64,000 bases of DNA from Mycobacteriales bacterium (GTDB lineage Bacteria > Actinomycetota > Actinomycetes > JAFAQI01), in contig DASSKP010000002.1 of assembly GCA_035690365.1 (NCBI GenBank), forward strand, positions 10,983 to 74,982, in the 5' to 3' direction. Under the pieces are notes generated by a model. The model saw only the letters and a program-made list of their open reading frames with translations, ran no database searches and had not been told where the DNA came from. Shown here piece after piece: positions 58,205-64,000 of this stretch (its first letter is position 1; each line of letters begins with the position of its first letter). Made by a program: the position numbers and the translations under genes.

Positions 58205-59142
58205 CGCTCGTCGTCGGCGACGAGGAGTTCCTCGTCGCGCGAGCGGTTCAGCGCGCCGTCAACGCGACCGTCGCCGGGGGAGACCCCGCTGGTGTGCACG
58301 ACGTCGCCGCCGTGGATCTGACGGCTGCAGAGCTGCTCGAGCTGACGTCGCCGTCGCTGTTCGGCGAGGCGAGGATCGTCGTCGTACGGTCTGCGCAGGA
58401 CGCCACCAAGGACGTCGCGGCCGCCCTGGTCTCGCTCGCCGAGTCCGGCGACGAGTCCGTCGGTCTCGTCGTGGCCCACGCGGGCGGCGCGAAGGGCAAG
58501 GCTCTCCTCGAGTCGCTGAAGGGCGCAGGGGCGCGGGTCGTCGAAGTGATGAAGGTGCGCTCGCAACGCGACCGGGAGCAGTTCGTCTTCGACGAGATCG
58601 CCGCTGCCGGCGGCACGATCGACCGGGAGGCGGCCGCAGACCTCGTCGCGTCCATCGGCGGGGACCTGCGCGAGCTCGCCACCGCCTGCACCCAGCTGGT
58701 CGCCGACTGCGGCCACAGGGTGAGCGCCGGCAATGTCGCGGCCTACTACCGCGGCCGGGCGGAGTCGACGGGCTTCGCGGTCGCCGACCGAGCCTGCGAG
58801 GGCGACGTCGCGGCGGCCCTGGAGACGTTGCGCTGGGCGTTCGCGACCGGCGTCGACCCGGTGCTGATCAGCGCCGCTCTCGCCTCCAACCTGCGCACCC
58901 TGGGCGTCGTGGCGTCAGCGGGCCGTGGCTCGCCGGACGCTCTCGCTGGTCAGCTCGGCATGCCGGCGTGGAAGATCCGTCGCGCGCAGGGGTGGCTGAA
59001 GCGCTGGCGGCCGGAGGCGCTCGCCGAGGCCGTGACCGCTGTCGCCGCCGCCGACGCCGGCATCAAGGGCGAGGGGGCCGACGCGGCCTACGCCGCCGAG
59101 CGTGCCGTCATCACCGTCGCCGGATGCGCGACCGGCAGGTGA
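58201..59142 (+). CDS. holA: DNA polymerase III delta subunit
   Basis: GTG 58201 overlaps the comEC stop (GTGA). It has LVVGDEEFLVARAV...SPSLFGEARIVVVR..., and the conserved comEA-comEC-holA-rpsT synteny of actinobacteria applies. Confidence 0.8.
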   Translation: MTLVVGDEEFLVARAVQRAVNATVAGGDPAGVHDVAAVDLTAAELLELTSPSLFGEARIVVVRSAQDATKDVAAALVSLAESGDESVGLVVAHAGGAKGKALLESLKGAGARVVEVMKVRSQRDREQFVFDEIAAAGGTIDREAAADLVASIGGDLRELATACTQLVADCGHRVSAGNVAAYYRGRAESTGFAVADRACEGDVAAALETLRWAFATGVDPVLISAALASNLRTLGVVASAGRGSPDALAGQLGMPAWKIRRAQGWLKRWRPEALAEAVTAVAAADAGIKGEGADAAYAAERAVITVAGCATGR

Positions 59143-59501
59143 CCGTGTCATCGACCGCCCGCGCGCTGGCGCGGCAGCGTGCCAGCGCGGCCGCGCGTGC
59201 CTACCCGCTCTACTGGCGGATGCTGCGGCTGCGGCACGTCCGCCCCAACGGCTGGCAGCGGGCGGTGCTCGTCGAGGGCGTGACGGCCGTCGCGGTCACG
59301 CTCGTGCTGGCCGATGTCGCCAGCGCGTGGACGCTCGTCGTGCTGCCCGTGGCCGCTGCGGCGATCGTGAAAGGACACGACGTGATCGCCGGATGGCTGC
59401 CGAGTGGGCGGACGGTCGAGGCGTTGCCGCCGCCGCGGCTGGCCGACTACACCCCCGTGGTGGGGATCCTCGTCGCGCTGCTGCTGATCTGGCTGCTCTA
59501 G
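59139..59501 (+). CDS. Small membrane protein (hypothetical)
   Basis: GTG 59139 overlaps the holA stop (GTGA). There are two or three predicted TM segments ([30 protein letters not shown]; [14 protein letters not shown]). GC3 is high. Confidence 0.5.
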   Translation: MTVSSTARALARQRASAAARAYPLYWRMLRLRHVRPNGWQRAVLVEGVTAVAVTLVLADVASAWTLVVLPVAAAAIVKGHDVIAGWLPSGRTVEALPPPRLADYTPVVGILVALLLIWLL

Positions 59502-59758
59502 AGAGAAGCGGCCTTCTGGGCCATCGCCGACTTGCGGTTGGCGGCCTGGTTCTTGTGGATGACGCCCTTGCTGGCGGCCTTGTCGAGCAAGCGGGTGGCG
59601 GTGCGCAGCTGCGTCTGCGCCGTCGCGGCGTCGCCGCTGTCGGCGGCTTCGCGGAACTTGCGGACGGCGGTCTTGAGCTCCGACTTCACGGCCTTGTTGC
59701 GCAGGCGGCGACGCTCGTTCTGCCCAATGCGCTTGATCTGCGACTTGATGTTGGCCAC
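59498..59758 (-). CDS. rpsT: 30S ribosomal protein S20
   Basis: [35 protein letters not shown]... is the canonical S20 sequence. Confidence 0.95.
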   Translation of the reverse strand: MANIKSQIKRIGQNERRRLRNKAVKSELKTAVRKFREAADSGDAATAQTQLRTATRLLDKAASKGVIHKNQAANRKSAMAQKAASL

Positions 59759-59853
59759 GCCGGATCTACCTCAAGGTCTGTGGGGGTCGGAACAACAGCG
59801 CTCAAGGCTACCAGCGACCGCCTGACCTGCGCGAATCCATGATCGGCGCGCAC

Positions 59854-60810
59854 TCAGGTCCAGTCGACGAGGGTCCGGAGCCAGCGGAGGGCGACGGTGC
59901 CCTGGGCTGCCTGGAACGCGCGGACCGTCGGCAGGCCGGGGTCGGGCGGCCGCAGCCCCCGGGTGAGGAAGTAGCCGGTGATCGTCGCGACGAGCACGGT
60001 CAGCGCTTCCGGGTCGATCCGGCTTCCGTAGCGGCTCATCGCCAGCAGCTCCGGCGGCTGGGGGCCGCCCTGCATCGCCACGCTCGGCGCGAACGCTGTC
60101 AGATCGAACGCCGGCGCTCCGCGCGCCGCCCAGGGCCAGTCGACGAGCCAGACCCGGTCGTCGCTGACGAGCATGTTGTCGGCCCGCAGGTCGAGATGAA
60201 GCAGCGTCTCGCCACTGGCCGCCTCCACCCAGCGCGACTCGAGCTCGGCCAGCCGGTCGAGGTGCCGCCCGCACCAGTCGTCGAGACCAGCGGGTACGCC
60301 GTCCACCGCCGCGTCGCGCCAACCGCTGAACTCGTCGCGCCAGCTGGCGTCGACCGCCGGGGCGTCGGGCAGCGGGCAGGGGGTCAGGTCGTCGAAGAGC
60401 TCGTCGACTGCGGCCACGACCCGCCGGAGCTCGTCGTCCCGCCACGGCAGATGAGGGTGCCGACCGTCGATGTCCTCCAGCAGCAGGGCGACCCAGCCGT
60501 GGTCGTCGTACGACGCCACGAGCTTCGGTGCCGGCGCTGCTGCAGGCAGGGCTGCCGTGATCCTCGCCTCGCGCCGGTGCATGTCCGGGGAGTGCGGATT
60601 GGCCGACTCGGCGACCGCCTTGACGAACGCCCGCGTCCCGTCGGCGCAGACCACCCGCGCCGCGACACCTGGTGAGAACCCACCGGGCTGTGTCTCGGAA
60701 CGGGTGACGGGGGAACCGAGTGTCCCGTCGACCCACTCGTGAACATGCGGCGGCAGGTCGTCGTACGGCACGCGGACGCCCTCGGCGGGCGGCGGTGTCG
60801 TCTCAGCCAT
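59854..60810 (-). CDS. Aminoglycoside/choline-kinase-like phosphotransferase (APH family)
   Basis: From ATG 60808-60810 (MAETTPPP...): Brenner-type [13 protein letters not shown] and VWLVDWPWA (the DFG-equivalent). The longer ORF would run antisense into lepA. Confidence 0.75.
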   Translation of the reverse strand: MAETTPPPAEGVRVPYDDLPPHVHEWVDGTLGSPVTRSETQPGGFSPGVAARVVCADGTRAFVKAVAESANPHSPDMHRREARITAALPAAAPAPKLVASYDDHGWVALLLEDIDGRHPHLPWRDDELRRVVAAVDELFDDLTPCPLPDAPAVDASWRDEFSGWRDAAVDGVPAGLDDWCGRHLDRLAELESRWVEAASGETLLHLDLRADNMLVSDDRVWLVDWPWAARGAPAFDLTAFAPSVAMQGGPQPPELLAMSRYGSRIDPEALTVLVATITGYFLTRGLRPPDPGLPTVRAFQAAQGTVALRWLRTLVDWT

Positions 60811-60823
60811 GCCACCATGGTGC

Positions 60824-62632
<1,809 letters not shown>

Positions 62633-62637
62633 CTCGG

Positions 62638-62988
62638 TCAGAGTGCGCCGAGGAACATGAACGGCATGATGAGCACCATCGGCACGACGACGCACATCAG
62701 GGCGACGACGACGACGACCGCAGCGGCGCTGCTGCCGAGGTGCTTCTCGTCAGGGCCGTTCCTCCAGAGCTGACGCAGCTCGCCGCCGAGCAGCGCCACC
62801 GCGATCAGCGCGAGCACCCATACGGTCGCCGATACGAGACCGTTGACCCACTGAGCGCTGCCGTTGCCGAGGAACAAGGTGAGAACAGCGGCACCGCCCA
62901 CGAAGGCGAGTGCGGCGAGGTCGATGCCAGCTGCCCGGAACAGAGGATGGTTCGCCGGATGAGCCTGTGAGGTCTGAGTGTGAGTCAT
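62638..62988 (-). CDS. Small membrane protein (hypothetical)
   Basis: ATG 62986-62988 is preceded by GAGGAGG. There are three TM segments and no recognised family. Confidence 0.55.
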   Translation of the reverse strand: MTHTQTSQAHPANHPLFRAAGIDLAALAFVGGAAVLTLFLGNGSAQWVNGLVSATVWVLALIAVALLGGELRQLWRNGPDEKHLGSSAAAVVVVVALMCVVVPMVLIMPFMFLGAL

Positions 62989-63060
62989 CGTGACCTCCTC
63001 GTCCGGGCAGCTGCACACACTGTCGCCAAACGTGCAACGCACGAACAGGGCCGAAGGTCC

Positions 63061-63771
63061 CTAGTCGCCGGTGACCTGGTCGACGAGCCGCTGGGCGACA
63101 TCGCGAAGCTTCTGGTGGGACTCCTGGGAGAGGCGCACCAGCAGCTGGAAGGCGTCCTCCGAGCTGCCACCGCTCTCGCGCATCAGGATGCCCTTTGCCT
63201 GCTCGATGATGGCGCGCGACTGCATCGCCTGCTGCATCTCCTCGGCAAGCTTCACGGCGCGATCCCGCTCGTCGCTCACCGTCGCGACGATGCCGGCGTA
63301 GTGCGCGAGGTCGAACGCCGTGTCCACCATGGCCGCGTCGAACGCGTCCGCTCGACGGGCATAGATGTTGAGCGCCCCGGCGGGTGCTCCACGGATCTCC
63401 AGCGGCACCGAGAGCGAGGCGGAGACGCCCGATGCCAGGGCGGCGGCGGCGTACGACGGCCACCGCTGTTCCTGGCCCAGGTCGGCGACGATCACCGGCC
63501 GGCCCTCGTGCGCCGCCTCGAGGCACGGTCCCTGGCCGGCGCGATACTGCGCTTCGTCGGCCTGTGTCGCCATCGAACCCGTCGACGCGACGGTGTGCGG
63601 AGAGTCCGCGAGCAGCGTCACGGACGCCTCGTCGGCGCCACTGATGACGGCGGTTGCCGCCTCGCAGGTCTTCTGCAGAACGGCCTCGCGGCTGCCGTCG
63701 CCGAGCATGATGCTCGCGAGAGCACGAACCGCCACGGGCATGGCTGTGGAGTCGTCGTGAGTGTCCCGCAT
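63061..63771 (-). CDS. GAF-ANTAR RNA-binding antitermination-type regulator
   Basis: From ATG 63769-63771. It has an N-terminal GAF-like domain (GQGPCLEAAHEGRPVIVADL...) and a C-terminal ANTAR motif (LAEEMQQAMQSRAIIEQAKGILMRESGGSSEDAFQLLVRLSQESHQKLRDVAQRLV). Confidence 0.8.
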   Translation of the reverse strand: MRDTHDDSTAMPVAVRALASIMLGDGSREAVLQKTCEAATAVISGADEASVTLLADSPHTVASTGSMATQADEAQYRAGQGPCLEAAHEGRPVIVADLGQEQRWPSYAAAALASGVSASLSVPLEIRGAPAGALNIYARRADAFDAAMVDTAFDLAHYAGIVATVSDERDRAVKLAEEMQQAMQSRAIIEQAKGILMRESGGSSEDAFQLLVRLSQESHQKLRDVAQRLVDQVTGD

Positions 63772-63901
63772 GACGCCGGGCTTTCCTTTGTGTTCGCTTC
63801 CTCGAAGGCCAGACTCCCTGACCTCGTGCGCCGCGATCGCTGCTGAACCGGCTGCTACTACAAGATTACCGCGATCGACCGCCGCGTAACGTGGCTGATT
63901 G

Positions 63902-64000
63902 ATGCCATCGACGCTTCCCGACGGCGACCCGGCTCCGGCCGACGGCCGCCTGCCGTCCGCAGCGCTCGGCGGCGCGGCCGGCCGGCCGCTCGGCATCTAC
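63902..64000 (+). CDS. Probable start of radical SAM HemW/HemN-like protein (continues beyond window end)
   Basis: The ATG 63902 frame reads MPSTLPDGDPAPADGRLPSAALGGAAGRPLGIY with high GC3. This resembles the HemW N-terminus just before the VHVPFC radical SAM motif, and hemW commonly follows lepA. Only 33 codons are visible. Confidence 0.4.
   Translation, partial: MPSTLPDGDPAPADGRLPSAALGGAAGRPLGIY

Noticed and set aside
62989-63060. ANTAR target (dual hexaloop hairpins) in the 72-nt spacer between the GAF-ANTAR gene and the downstream membrane protein gene
   Set aside because: On the transcribed strand only small stems (GUGC-GUU-GCAC, GCAGCUGC) are visible. Neither has the two tandem hairpins with A1/G4 hexaloops expected for ANTAR substrates.

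Overview
High-GC (roughly 70 percent) actinobacterial chromosomal segment. It is densely coding, with about 65 supportable genes, and many adjacent genes share 4-nt ATGA/GTGA/TTGA start-stop overlaps. No rRNA, tRNA, CRISPR array, transposase or integrase was seen. Left to right, the window contains eight groups. (1) 1-11.9 kb holds mixed envelope and accessory genes: an MBL hydrolase fragment, a DUF3089 lipoprotein, a tandem SagB-type dehydrogenase with a small upstream ORF, a MecA_N-type PBP, TetR, an ABM-like protein plus MarR, an ester cyclase, a GH92 mannosidase and a BNR/sialidase-like protein. (2) 11.9-24.2 kb is a KstR-type steroid/cholesterol side-chain catabolic block. It carries a thioesterase, echA19-like, fadA5-like, a CYP124/125-clade P450, two DUF35 proteins, two thiolase-like Ltp proteins, an SDR, a fadE26/27-like pair, fadD19-like and kstR, with recognisable KstR operator boxes. 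(3) 24.1-30.6 kb (minus strand) is a translationally coupled six-gene operon: FbaB aldolase, AcsA-type ligase, E1-alpha, E1-beta, lipoyl E2 and a dedicated acyl carrier protein. I consider this the most unusual system in the window. (4) 30.7-37.8 kb, divergent from it, is an Asc-family PTS (IIC, IIB, IIA), two SIS proteins, HPr, enzyme I and NagA in one operon. (5) 37.8-44.1 kb holds an M50 protease, hypothetical and membrane proteins, a lipase/esterase, WS/DGAT and an alpha/beta hydrolase. (6) 44.2-48.4 kb is a second KstR-box-preceded block: fused fadE34-like ACAD, F420/LLM oxidoreductase and a serine hydrolase. (7) 48.5-50.5 kb is a KAS III gene plus a degenerate KAS III-like partner. (8) 51-64 kb is a conserved core: Ser/Thr kinase, leuS, comEA, comEC, holA, rpsT, lepA, a GAF-ANTAR regulator and a probable hemW start. 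A 15-bp palindrome, CTGACG-N3-CGTCAG, recurs only in promoter regions of lipid/steroid genes. All calls come from reading the supplied translations and sequence. No database search was run, so family names are recalled similarities rather than computed hits.
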